64,000 bases of DNA, taken from assembly GCA_023954375.1 (NCBI GenBank), contig JAMLIC010000006.1, forward strand, positions 18,972 to 82,971, written 5' to 3'. The stretch comes from Planctomycetota bacterium (GTDB lineage: Bacteria; Planctomycetota; J058). The notes under the pieces were generated by a model. It did no database searches. It saw nothing but the letters and a program-made list of their open reading frames with translations, and had not been told where the DNA came from. The translations under genes were made by a program, and so were the position numbers. This document shows positions 17,308 through 26,121 of this stretch, one piece after another. Position 1 is the stretch's first letter. Every line of letters begins with the position of its first letter.

Positions 17308-20070
17308 ATGGCGCGGCGGGTCGGACCGTACGAGCTCGAGCGCCGCCTGGGCAAGGGCGGCATGGGCGAGGTGTGGGCGGCCGCCCACGTCGAGACCGGC
17401 GCGCGGCACGCCCTCAAGCTGATCGCCCTCACCGACGCCGCCGCGGCGCTGCGCGCCGCGCGCGAGGCCGAGGCGCTGGCGCGCCTCGACGGCCACCCGG
17501 GGGTCCTACGCGTGTTCAGCGCCTTCGTCGACGGGCCGCGCATGGTCCTGGCGATGGAGCTGGTCGAGGGCGGCGAGGACCTCGAGGCGCGCCTGGCGCG
17601 CGAGGGCCCGCTCGAGCCGGCGGCCGCCGCGCGCCTCGTCCGCGACGTGGCGCTCGCGGTGCAGCACGCGCACGACCGCGGCGTCCTCCATCGCGACCTC
17701 AAGCCGGGCAACGTGCTCCTCGACGCCGCCGGCGCGCCGCGCCTCGTCGACCTGGGCCTGGCGCGGCTGCTCGACGGGCGCTCGCTGACGCGGACCGGCG
17801 ACGTCCTGGGCACGCCCGCGTTCCTCGCGCCCGAGCAGGCGCTCGGGCGCGCGAGCGACGCGCGGACCGACGTCTTCGGGCTCGGGGCGCTCCTGTTCGC
17901 CGCGCTCACCGGGCGCGCGCCGCGGCAGGGCGCGCTGCTCGAGGCGCTCGCCCGCGCGGCCGACCAGCCGCTGCCCCGGACGGACGTCGTCCGACCGGGG
18001 CGTGCCCGCGGCGCTCGCCGACGTCGTCGCCCGGGCGACGGCGCTCGAGCCGGCGCGCACGCCACGGCCGGCGACCTGGCGCGCGACCTCGAGGCCTGGC
18101 TGGCCGGCGCCGGCCTGCCCGGGCGGGCGGTGGCGCGGCGCGGCCCTCGGGGTCGGGACGCTGCTCGCGCTGGCCGCGGCCGGCGGCGCGGCCTGGATCG
18201 CCGTCGCCCGCCGCGAGGCGGCGCGCGGCCGCCGCCGCCGCGACCTTCGAGCTCGAGGTCGTGGCGCCGTGGGCCCGGGCTCGGCGAGCCGGCCGCCCCG
18301 AGGCGCTCGCCGCGCACACGGCGGCGGCGGCGCGCGCGGCCGCCGCCCTCGCCGGTGAGGAGCGCGCCAGGCCCGCGCCGTCGCCGCGCGCCTGGCCGCG
18401 CTCGGGCCGCTTCGTCGGCGCGGCCGCGCCGGCCGTGGCGCCCGACCCGGCGGTCGGCGCGCTGGTCGAGGCGGTCCTCGCCGCGGAGCGGGGCGGCGAC
18501 CCCGACGGCGCCCACGCGGGCCGGGTCGCCGCCGCGGTCGAGGCGGGCGCGCCGCCCGCGCTCGCCCGGGCGGCCGCGGCGCGCGTGGACTTCGCGGCGC
18601 TGCGCGCGGCTCCCGACCGCGCGGCGCTCGCGCGCGGCCGCGGCGCTGACCCGCCACCTCCGCGCCCTCGCGGCCGACGGGCGCCCCCTCCCGGGCCTCG
18701 AGGCGGCGGCCACCCGGGAGCTGCTCGCGGCCGCCCGGGCCGACGTCGCCCGCCTGGTCGGCCTCCAGCCGCACGCCCGCGCGAGCGGGGCCGACGCCGA
18801 GGTCGCCGCGGCGCAGGCGCTCGACGCCCTCGCCGGCGCGCTCGGGCCGGCCGCCGTCGCGGCGGTGGGCTCGACCCGGCTGGCCGCGCTCGCGGACCAC
18901 GCGGAGGAGGCCGCGCGGCTGCTGGTCGAGCGGACGCGCCGCGGCGGGCGGCACGAGGCGCTGGAGCACACGCGCGCGCTCTCGGCCGCGGCCCTCGGCC
19001 CGACCGCTCGCCCGCCGCCAGCCATGCGCAAGGCCCTGGAGCGCGCCGCCGCCTCGCTGGCAGGGGCCGGGCCCGACCGGCGCCCGACCGAGCTGGCGGC
19101 GCTGCTGACGCTCGACGCCGCCTGGTGCCTGGTGCTCGGCGGCGAGCGGCTGGAGGCGCTCGAGCACCACTTCGAGGCGGGCGGCTGGCGCCTCCCGGGT
19201 CAGGACGACGAGGAGCTCGAGGCCCTCCGCCACCTCTCCCTGGCCCACCGGTTCGGCCACACCGACCTGGCGCTCGTCGACTGGGAGGCGTCGCCCGCGC
19301 TGCGCCGGTCGGCGGCCATGCCGGCCTCCATGCGACGCCCGCCGCTCCGCAGCCGGCTCGTGGCGGTCGCGCTCGTCCTCAACCCGCCGGGCGACCTGAG
19401 CGACGCCGAGCTGGACCTGGCGCGCGTCGCCCTGGGGCTGGCGCCCGGGGCCCGCGACGACTTCCTCGTGACGGTCAACGAGGCGACGCGGCTCGCCGCC
19501 GACGGCGAGCTCTGCGCGCACGTCCTGCGCGCCCTCCGGGCGCGCGCGGCGGGGTCCTCGGCGGTCGCGGAGGCCCTGCCCGACCTGGCCCGGGCGGTCC
19601 TCGCCCGCTGGGAGGAGGGCCGGGACGCCGGCCTGGCGGCGCCGGTCGTCGGGTTCGCCCTGAACCTCCTGCGCGAGCGCGGCGAGGACGTGGCCGCGCG
19701 CCGCGAGCGGCTGATCGCGCGGCTCGTCGCCGAGGAGAGCGAGCGGCCGTCGGGGCTCCGCCAGGACATGGCGACGATCCAGCGGGCCGAGCGTGTCGAC
19801 GACCTGCGCCGCGCCGGCCCTGGCAGCGAGGCGCTCGAGCGGCCCGACGCGCTGCCCGAGGACATGGCCGCGCGCGCGTTCGTGGCGGCCGGGCACGCGT
19901 CCCTGAACCTCGGCGGCCGGGGCGCGGCCGACCGGGCGCGCGCGTGGGCGGAGCGCGCCGAGGAGCTGGCGCGGGCGGTCGGCGATGGGGACTGGACGGT
20001 GTGGCTCGAGCACGCGTCCAGGCGGGCGTACGGCCGCCTCACGCGTCGGCTGAAGGAGGCGGCGCGCTGA
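17308..20070 (+). CDS. Ser/Thr protein kinase, paralog B, with C-terminal helical-repeat domain (single 920-aa ORF, but the central ~650 nt appears frame-shifted relative to the homologous segments)
   Basis: Kinase domain ~90% nucleotide-identical to paralog A. Segments homologous to A's TM helix and linker are encoded in the other two frames between ~18000 and ~18650 (ORFs 18002..18358 and part of 17070..20102). The called frame there is Arg/Pro/Ser-rich and lacks the TM helix. The C-terminal 470 aa are in frame and homologous to A. Confidence 0.6.
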   Translation: MARRVGPYELERRLGKGGMGEVWAAAHVETGARHALKLIALTDAAAALRAAREAEALARLDGHPGVLRVFSAFVDGPRMVLAMELVEGGEDLEARLAREGPLEPAAAARLVRDVALAVQHAHDRGVLHRDLKPGNVLLDAAGAPRLVDLGLARLLDGRSLTRTGDVLGTPAFLAPEQALGRASDARTDVFGLGALLFAALTGRAPRQGALLEALARAADQPLPRTDVVRPGRARGARRRRRPGDGARAGAHATAGDLARDLEAWLAGAGLPGRAVARRGPRGRDAARAGRGRRRGLDRRRPPRGGARPPPPRPSSSRSWRRGPGLGEPAAPRRSPRTRRRRRARPPPSPVRSAPGPRRRRAPGRARAASSARPRRPWRPTRRSARWSRRSSPRSGAATPTAPTRAGSPPRSRRARRPRSPGRPRRAWTSRRCARLPTARRSRAAAALTRHLRALAADGRPLPGLEAAATRELLAAARADVARLVGLQPHARASGADAEVAAAQALDALAGALGPAAVAAVGSTRLAALADHAEEAARLLVERTRRGGRHEALEHTRALSAAALGPTARPPPAMRKALERAAASLAGAGPDRRPTELAALLTLDAAWCLVLGGERLEALEHHFEAGGWRLPGQDDEELEALRHLSLAHRFGHTDLALVDWEASPALRRSAAMPASMRRPPLRSRLVAVALVLNPPGDLSDAELDLARVALGLAPGARDDFLVTVNEATRLAADGELCAHVLRALRARAAGSSAVAEALPDLARAVLARWEEGRDAGLAAPVVGFALNLLRERGEDVAARRERLIARLVAEESERPSGLRQDMATIQRAERVDDLRRAGPGSEALERPDALPEDMAARAFVAAGHASLNLGGRGAADRARAWAERAEELARAVGDGDWTVWLEHASRRAYGRLTRRLKEAAR

Positions 20071-20806
20071 CCGGGCGGCGCGCCGGGCGCGGCGCCCGGT
20101 AGCGCCGGTGCGCCTTCGCGACCAGCCGGCGGTCGGCGCCGAGGAGCGCGCGCGCGATCGCCGGGCGCAGCCCGGCCGCCTCGAGGTGGCGCAGGACCGC
20201 CTCGCGCTCGCGGACCTTGGCGGCGAGCTGCGTCAGGCGCAGCGTCTCGGGCGACGGCGCCAGCGACGTGAAGCCGGCCCGGTCGAGGCGCGCCCCCCAG
20301 CCGTCCAGCCACGGCTCGAGGCCAAGGACGAGCGCCTGGTCGAGGTCCTCGCGGTCGCGCAGGTCGGCGCGCCCGCGGCCGCGGACGGCCTCCTGGGCGA
20401 CCATGGCCGCGACGGTGGTGATGGCCTTCGCCAGGGCGTCGACCTCCACCAGCGCCTTGATCGGGTCCTGGATCGTGTAGACGACGTTCACGTCGAGGTC
20501 GTAGACGAACCCGTCGGCGGTGGTCGCCCGCTGCTTCGGCACGTCGATCGTGTGGCTGCGGGTGTGGACCTTCTTCACCTGGTGGATGTAGGGGATCAGC
20601 GGGTGGAACCCCGGCTCCAGCACGCGCCGCACGCGCCCCAGCCGGAAGAGCACGCCCCGGTGGCCGGAGTCGATCACCACGCCCATGAGGCCGACGAAGG
20701 CGGCGACGATGATGATCGCCTCCTTCGGGTTCTCCTTCGCCCACGCCCACAGGACGCCCCCCACGGCGCGGCCGGTGTCGAGGGCCGACTGGAGCCACGC
20801 GTCCAC
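20039..20806 (-). CDS. SPFH/band-7 domain protein (HflK/HflC-like), membrane-anchored
   Basis: N-terminal TM helix (AIIIVAAFVGLMGVVI), then a band-7 core (…VYDLDVNVVYTIQDP…). ATG overlaps the stop of the upstream SPFH gene (ATGA). 3' end overlaps kinase B convergently by ~30 nt. Confidence 0.7.
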   Translation of the reverse strand: MDAWLQSALDTGRAVGGVLWAWAKENPKEAIIIVAAFVGLMGVVIDSGHRGVLFRLGRVRRVLEPGFHPLIPYIHQVKKVHTRSHTIDVPKQRATTADGFVYDLDVNVVYTIQDPIKALVEVDALAKAITTVAAMVAQEAVRGRGRADLRDREDLDQALVLGLEPWLDGWGARLDRAGFTSLAPSPETLRLTQLAAKVREREAVLRHLEAAGLRPAIARALLGADRRLVAKAHRRYRAPRPARRPVSAPPPSADA

Positions 20807-21504
20807 TAGGCCACCGGCGCCAGCTCGGCGTCACCGACCTCGGGCGGCGCCGACGGCGGGGGCGGGGCGGGGCGCTCGCGCGGCTCGCGCTCGCCCTCGC
20901 GCACGGCCATGACCGCGCCCGAGATGAGCGCCACGGCGGCGTCCTCCGACAGCCCCTCGCCGCGCGTGAAGCGGTGGTAGAGGCCCAGCTTCTCCTCGGC
21001 CAGGAGGCGGAGCTGCGTGATCTCGAGCGTCGGCGGCGTGGGCGAGAGGTTCGAGAAGCCGAACTCGCGGATGCGGATCCCCCACTGCTCCTCGACGGGC
21101 TTCAGCTCCTCCTTCACGGCCGCGATCATGGCCGGGAGGTCGCGGATCGACTCGCGCGTCTGCGCCTTGACCACGCGCTGCACGGCCAGCGTCAGGCGGT
21201 TCTTCAGGCCCTCGACCAGGTCGTCGACCTCGATGAGCGCCTTGCGCAGGTCGACCACCTGGTAGACGACCTTCGCGCCGACGTCGTAGACCAGGTCGTC
21301 CTGGAGCTGGATCACCTGCGGCTCGAGGTCGAGCGTGGTGTGCTTCGTGTCCTGCACCCGGAAGCGCTGGACGACCGGCCACTTGAAGTGGATCCCCGGG
21401 CCCACGACCAGGCGGGCCCGCCCGAGCGTGTACTTGAGGGCGTGCTGGCCGTCGTAGACGACCACGAAGATGCCCGTGAACACCTGGAGGATCTCGAGGA
21501 GCAT
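20806..21504 (-). CDS. SPFH/band-7 domain protein (HflK/HflC-like), membrane-anchored
   Basis: Start chosen at the internal ATG (21504; MLLEILQVFTGIFVVVYDG…), which gives an N-terminal TM helix directly followed by the band-7 core. The longer ORF starting at 21594 is also possible. Pro-rich C-terminal tail. Confidence 0.65.
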   Translation of the reverse strand: MLLEILQVFTGIFVVVYDGQHALKYTLGRARLVVGPGIHFKWPVVQRFRVQDTKHTTLDLEPQVIQLQDDLVYDVGAKVVYQVVDLRKALIEVDDLVEGLKNRLTLAVQRVVKAQTRESIRDLPAMIAAVKEELKPVEEQWGIRIREFGFSNLSPTPPTLEITQLRLLAEEKLGLYHRFTRGEGLSEDAAVALISGAVMAVREGEREPRERPAPPPPSAPPEVGDAELAPVA

Positions 21505-21592
21505 GGGGGCGCCATTCTGCCGCACGGATGGCGCCCCTGCACACCGGAGGTGTGTGGCCGGCATCGCGCCCTGGCGTGGCATAGTCCTGCCC

Positions 21593-22003
21593 ATGGCGCG
21601 GCGTGACAGGCTCGGGCTCGGGGTGCTGGTGGCCGCGGCGCTGGGCGGGGCGGCCGTCGGCGGCGACGCCGCGCTCTCGCTGGCGCTCCAGGGCGGGCGC
21701 TGGCGCAGGGGGCTCGCCGGGGTCGACCTCGTGTCGCTCGCCGACGAGGAGATGGCGCTCGCGCGCGCGCTGATCCCGCCCGACGCCGCGGTCGGCTACC
21801 TGGGCAGCCCCGACGTGGCCGCCCCCGGCGACCACGCCCGCTTCTCGCTCCTGCGCTACACGCTCGCCCCGCGGCAGGTGCTGCTGGACGCGGCCGACGC
21901 GCCCTACGTGATCCTCGCGGGCCCCGCCCCGCCGGGGCTGGGCGCCCGCCACCGGCCCCTGGCGCGGCTCGGCCCGTCCACCCTCCTCCTGGGCCCGAAG
22001 TGA
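21593..22003 (+). CDS. hypothetical secreted protein (136 aa)
   Basis: ATG at 21593 followed by a signal-peptide-like LGLGVLVAAALGGAAVGG. Stop overlaps the GTG start of the next gene (GTGA). Confidence 0.4.
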   Translation: MARRDRLGLGVLVAAALGGAAVGGDAALSLALQGGRWRRGLAGVDLVSLADEEMALARALIPPDAAVGYLGSPDVAAPGDHARFSLLRYTLAPRQVLLDAADAPYVILAGPAPPGLGARHRPLARLGPSTLLLGPK

Positions 22004-23367
22004 CCGCGCTCGCGTGGGTGGTCGCGCTGGGGCTGCCCGTGGCGCTCGCGTGGGCGCTCGTCCGCTGCCTCGACCCGGGCTGCCCGCGCTGGCTGGCGGT
22101 GGGCCTCGCGGCGGCCCTCGGGCCCGCCGCCGGCTCGCTCCTGCACGTCGGCTGGCTGGCGGCGTTCGGCGCCCCGGGCGCCGGGGCCCTGGCGGTCGAG
22201 GTGGCGCTCCTCGGCGGCGCGCTGGCCCTCGCCCGGCGGCGGAGCGCGCCCGGCGGCGACGACGACCAGGGCGCCCGGCCGGGCTGGAGCGCGCTCGACC
22301 GCGGCCTCGCGGCCGTCGTCGCGGCCGCGGCGCTCATGGCCGTCGTCCACCTCGCCGCCCTGACCGCCGCGGCGCCGCACGGCAACCGCGACGCCTGGGC
22401 GGTGTGGAACCAGCGCGCGCGGGCGCTCGCCCGCTCGGACGGCGACTGGGCGCGGGTGCTCGTCGGCCCGCCGCGCCCCGACCTGCACCTCGACTACCCG
22501 CTGGCCGTGCCCGGCGCCGTGGCGCGGGTGTGGTGGCTCACGGGCGAGTCGACGCTCGCCCCGGCGCTGCTCGCGCTGCAGGCCGCCCTGGCGGGCGCGG
22601 CGGTCGTGGGGCTCGGCCTGGCGAGCGCTCGCCCGCGCGCCGTCGGGCTGCTCGGGGCGGCGCTGGTGCTCTCCGCGCCCCTGTGGGCGCGCGAGGCGGC
22701 GAGCCAGTGCGCCGACGTGCCCCTCGCCGCGCTGCTCGGGGCGACCGCGGCGCTCCTGGTGCGGGTCGAGCGCGCGCCGCGGCCCGGGGCGTTCGCCGCG
22801 CTCGGAGCGGCGGCGGGCCTGGCCGCCTGGACGAAGAACGAGGGGCTCGTGGCGCTCGCCGGCGTCGTGCCCGCCGCCGCGCTGCTCGCCGGCGCGGGGG
22901 GGCGCGCGCGGGCCGCCGGGCTCGCGCTCCTGGGCGCCGCCCCGGCGCTCCTCGCCCTGGGGCTGCACAAGGCGGTGGCCCCGACCAACGACCTCGTGGG
23001 CGCGCAGGGGGCCGACACGCCGGCGCGCCTCCTCGACCCGGGGCGCTGGGGGGCCGTCGTGACCGGCCTCGGCGGCGCCGCGCTGCACCTGTGGCCCGCG
23101 GCGGCGCTCGTCGGGTGGGCGGCCCTGGTCGGCCTGCGCCCGCCGCCGCGCCCGCGCGCGGCGCGGGCGCTCGGCGCGCTCCTCGTCCTGCAGGTCGCGG
23201 CCTACGTCCTCGCCTACGTCACCACGCCCTGGGACCTGGCGTGGCACCTCCAGACCTCGCGCGCGCGCGTGCTGCTGCACCTCTGGCCGGCGGGCGTCCT
23301 CCTGGCGCTGCTCGCCGCCGGGGCGGCCGAGCGCGATGCGCCGCCCTCGCCCGCGGAGGCCCGGTAG
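22000..23367 (+). CDS. polytopic integral membrane protein, possibly a GT-C-fold (ArnT/PMT-like) glycosyltransferase
   Basis: 455 aa, about 10-12 hydrophobic helices with an Ala/Leu/Gly-rich composition. The GT-C assignment is only a guess from topology and size. Confidence 0.45.
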   Translation: MTALAWVVALGLPVALAWALVRCLDPGCPRWLAVGLAAALGPAAGSLLHVGWLAAFGAPGAGALAVEVALLGGALALARRRSAPGGDDDQGARPGWSALDRGLAAVVAAAALMAVVHLAALTAAAPHGNRDAWAVWNQRARALARSDGDWARVLVGPPRPDLHLDYPLAVPGAVARVWWLTGESTLAPALLALQAALAGAAVVGLGLASARPRAVGLLGAALVLSAPLWAREAASQCADVPLAALLGATAALLVRVERAPRPGAFAALGAAAGLAAWTKNEGLVALAGVVPAAALLAGAGGRARAAGLALLGAAPALLALGLHKAVAPTNDLVGAQGADTPARLLDPGRWGAVVTGLGGAALHLWPAAALVGWAALVGLRPPPRPRAARALGALLVLQVAAYVLAYVTTPWDLAWHLQTSRARVLLHLWPAGVLLALLAAGAAERDAPPSPAEAR

Positions 23368-23449
23368 CAGCTCACGCCCACGCGCCACGCCGCGCCGGGC
23401 GCGCGTACGATGATCCGGCGAGGGGGGCCCCGCCAGCGCGAGGTGCGCC

Positions 23450-24829
23450 TTGTCACGCGTCACCCGTCCACGCCGCCGCGCGCTCGCCTTGGCGCTCGTC
23501 GCCCTCGGAGGGGTCGGGCTCTCCCTCCGGGCCGTCCCGACGGCGGCGGCTGCGCCGGCCCCGCGCGGGGCCGTGGTCGTCCTCGAGGTCGAGGGGGTGA
23601 TCAACCCGATCACCGCCCGCTACCTCGAGCGCGAGCTCCGGGCGGCCGGCGACGCGGCGCTGGTCGTGGTGCGCCTCGACACGCCCGGCGGGCTCGACAC
23701 GGCCATGCGCGACATGATCCAGGCGATCCTCGGCGCCCCGGCGCCGGTGGCCGTGCACGTGGCCCCCCCGGGCGCGCGCGCCGCGTCGGCGGGCATGTTC
23801 GTGACGCTCGCCGGCCACGTGGCGGCCATGGCCCCCGAGACGGCGATCGGCGCGGCGCACCCGGTCGCGCTCGGCGGCGCCGCCGACGACGTCGCCATGA
23901 GCAAGGTCGTCAACGACGCGGCGGCCATGGCGCGCGCCCTCGCCGAGGCGCGCGGCCGCGACGCCGGGTGGGCGGAGCAGGCCGTGCGCGAGAGCCTGTC
24001 GCTCACCGCCGGCGAGGCGGCCGCCCGCGGGGTGGTCGACCTCGTGGCGCGCGACCTCGACGAGCTCCTCGACGCGGTCCACGGGCGCGTCGTCGAGACC
24101 GCCGCCGGCGCGCGCCGGATCCAGGTCGTGCGGGCGGAGGTGGTCGAGCGGCCCATGCCGCTGGTCGAGCGGGCGCTCCAGCGCCTCGCGCACCCCGACC
24201 TCGCGTTCCTGCTGCTCACGCTCGGCGCGCTCGGCCTCCTGGCCGAGCTGTTCAACCCGGGCGCGCTCGTTCCGGGCGTCGCCGGCGCGATCGCCCTCCT
24301 GGTCGGGTTCGTCGCCCTCGGCAACCTTCCGGTCGGCGGCGCGGGCCTCCTCCTCCTCGGCCTGGGCCTCCTCCTGATCGCGGGCGAGGCGCTGACGCCC
24401 GGGGTGGGCGTCCTGGCGGTCGGCGGCGGGGTCGCCTTCGTCCTCGGCGCGCTCCTCCTCTACCGGCCGCTCGGGCCGGTCTCGCCGGCGCTCCCCGACC
24501 TGCGCCCGAGCCCGTGGCTCGTCGGCCTCGGCGCCGGCGGGGTCGGCGCGTTCACGCTCCTCGTCGTCCGCGCCGCCCTGCGCTCGCGCCACGAGCCGGT
24601 GGCCACGGGGGTCGAGGCGCTGCTCGGGCGCCGCGGCGTGGCCACCACGGACCTCGCGCCGCACGGGACCGTGCGCATCGACCTCGAGGCCTGGCTGGGC
24701 GAGGCGGCGGGCGGGGGGACGATCTACGCTGGCGAGGACGTGGTCGTCGTCGCCGTGGAGGGGGTCACGGTCAAGGTGCAGCGGGCGCCGGCGCGCGTCG
24801 CGCTGGGCGGGGGGCCTCGGAGCGGATGA
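23450..24829 (+). CDS. NfeD family membrane-bound ClpP-class serine protease
   Basis: Signal/anchor, then a ClpP-like fold (…VRLDTPGG…SAGMFV…), then multiple TM helices and a C-terminal OB-like beta domain (…TVRIDLEAW…VVVVAVEG…). Stop overlaps the ATG of the stomatin-like gene (ATGATGA). Confidence 0.8.
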   Translation: MSRVTRPRRRALALALVALGGVGLSLRAVPTAAAAPAPRGAVVVLEVEGVINPITARYLERELRAAGDAALVVVRLDTPGGLDTAMRDMIQAILGAPAPVAVHVAPPGARAASAGMFVTLAGHVAAMAPETAIGAAHPVALGGAADDVAMSKVVNDAAAMARALAEARGRDAGWAEQAVRESLSLTAGEAAARGVVDLVARDLDELLDAVHGRVVETAAGARRIQVVRAEVVERPMPLVERALQRLAHPDLAFLLLTLGALGLLAELFNPGALVPGVAGAIALLVGFVALGNLPVGGAGLLLLGLGLLLIAGEALTPGVGVLAVGGGVAFVLGALLLYRPLGPVSPALPDLRPSPWLVGLGAGGVGAFTLLVVRAALRSRHEPVATGVEALLGRRGVATTDLAPHGTVRIDLEAWLGEAAGGGTIYAGEDVVVVAVEGVTVKVQRAPARVALGGGPRSG

Positions 24830-25782
24830 TGACGGAGTTCGGCGACCTCCTCGGCTGGCTGTTCCTCGTGGCCATCGTGGCCCTCGTGCTCGGGGTCCTG
24901 CTCTCGGCCCTGCGGATCGTCCCCGAGTACCAGCGGCTGGTCGTGCTCCGGCTCGGGCGGGTGATCGGCGCGCGCGGCCCCGGCCTGGTGATCCTGATCC
25001 CGATCATCGACCGCGGCGTGCGGGTCGACCTGCGCGAGCGCTACTTCGACATCCCGCCGCAGACGACGATCACGGCCGACAACGCCTACGTGTCGATCGA
25101 CCTCCTCGTCTACAGCAAGATCGTGGACGCGCTCCCCAGCGTGCTGAACGTCCAGGACCACCAGGGGGCGTCGCGCGGGATCGCGATCACCACCCTTCGC
25201 GCGATCGTCGGCAGCATGCTCCTCGACGACGTCCTCTCGAAGCGCGAGGACATCAACGAGGGGCTGCGCGGGAAGCTGGACGAGGTCACGAACCGCTGGG
25301 GCATCAAGGTCACGGCGGTCGAGATCCGCGAGATCTCGCCCCCGCGCGAGATCCTCGAGGCCATGGCCAAGCAGATGACCGCCGAGCGCACCCGCCGCGC
25401 CATCGTCCTCGAGGCCGACGGCCGGCGCGACGCCACGATCCGCGTGGCCGAGGGCGACAAGCGGGGTGCGATCCTCAAGGCCGAGGGCGCGCGCCAGGCG
25501 GCGGTCCTCGAGGCCGAGGGCTACGCGCTGGCGCTCGAGAAGATCCTGGCCGTGGCGCGGCACCTCGACAGCAAGACCATGTCGCTGCAGTACCTCGACG
25601 CGCTGAAGGTGCTGGGCGCCAGCCCCGCCACCAAGCTCCTCGTGCCCGCCGAGCTGACGGAGTTCCTGCGCCCGCTCACGGAGCACGCCCTGAGGGCGAC
25701 GAACGGCGGCGGCGGGCCGACGGAGCACCTCGTCGCCGAGCCGCTCCGGAGCGAGGGGCGAGGGGCCGAGCGGGCTGGTTGA
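24826..25782 (+). CDS. stomatin-like SPFH/band-7 protein (QmcA/YbbK-like), partner of NfeD
   Basis: N-terminal TM helix (LGWLFLVAIVALVLGVLLSAL). Stomatin core (…RVDLRERYFDIPPQTTITADNAYVSIDLLVYSKIVD…NRWGIKVTAVEIREISPP…). Classic nfeD-stomatin operon arrangement. Confidence 0.85.
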   Translation: MMTEFGDLLGWLFLVAIVALVLGVLLSALRIVPEYQRLVVLRLGRVIGARGPGLVILIPIIDRGVRVDLRERYFDIPPQTTITADNAYVSIDLLVYSKIVDALPSVLNVQDHQGASRGIAITTLRAIVGSMLLDDVLSKREDINEGLRGKLDEVTNRWGIKVTAVEIREISPPREILEAMAKQMTAERTRRAIVLEADGRRDATIRVAEGDKRGAILKAEGARQAAVLEAEGYALALEKILAVARHLDSKTMSLQYLDALKVLGASPATKLLVPAELTEFLRPLTEHALRATNGGGGPTEHLVAEPLRSEGRGAERAG

Positions 25783-25790
25783 CCCTGCCG

Positions 25791-25930
25791 TCAGTTCAAC
25801 GAGGCGACCTGCTCGATCGCCGCCAGCAGCGCGCGCGCGTCGGCGGACAGGGCGTGCTCGAGCGCGGCGGCGGTGTCGTGCTCGACGGCGGCGGCGTAAC
25901 GGAGCAGGTCGAGCAGCGCGGCGATCTCCA
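25791..25930 (-). CDS. hypothetical small protein (46 aa)
   Basis: ATG at 25930 with GGGAGG SD 5-6 nt upstream. Lies in the convergent gap after the stomatin gene and antisense to the ltaE upstream region. No similarity recognised. Confidence 0.3.
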
Positions 25931-26010
25931 TGGCGGTCCTCCCCCCGCCGGCGCGGTGCAGGCCGTGGGCCATCGGAAGTCGTTTCGGCGTCACGCGCGT
26001 CCGTCGCCCC

Positions 26011-26060
26011 CGCGGGCAGGACCTGCCCGTCGGGCCCGGCGCGGGCAGGTCCTGCCCACG
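26011..26060. promoter_or_regulatory. pair of 15-bp perfect palindromes (GGGCAGGACCTGCCC / GGGCAGGTCCTGCCC) upstream of the threonine aldolase gene, putative operator
   Basis: Two copies of CGCGGGCAGGWCCTGCCC spaced 29 bp centre to centre at 26014-26028 and 26043-26057, 65-110 bp upstream of the ltaE start. Typical geometry for a dimeric-regulator binding site. Confidence 0.35.
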
Positions 26061-26121
26061 AAGGGGCCCGGCGGCTTGCGCCACGGCGGGTCCTCCCCGA
26101 CCATCGGCGGCGGAGGCGCGC

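Noticed and set aside
14246-17422. 1058-aa plus-strand ORF and several other long ORFs overlapping uvrA
   Set aside because: They are antisense or out-of-frame shadows of uvrA, whose product has unmistakable ABC and zinc-finger motifs. Their C-terminal tails merely read through the duplicated kinase upstream region.
20806-21594. Longer 262-aa start for the second SPFH gene
   Set aside because: The extra 30 N-terminal residues (MGRTMPRQGAMPATHLRCAGAPSVRQNGAP) are not hydrophobic and precede the TM anchor. The internal ATG gives the usual SPFH N-terminus. The long form remains possible.
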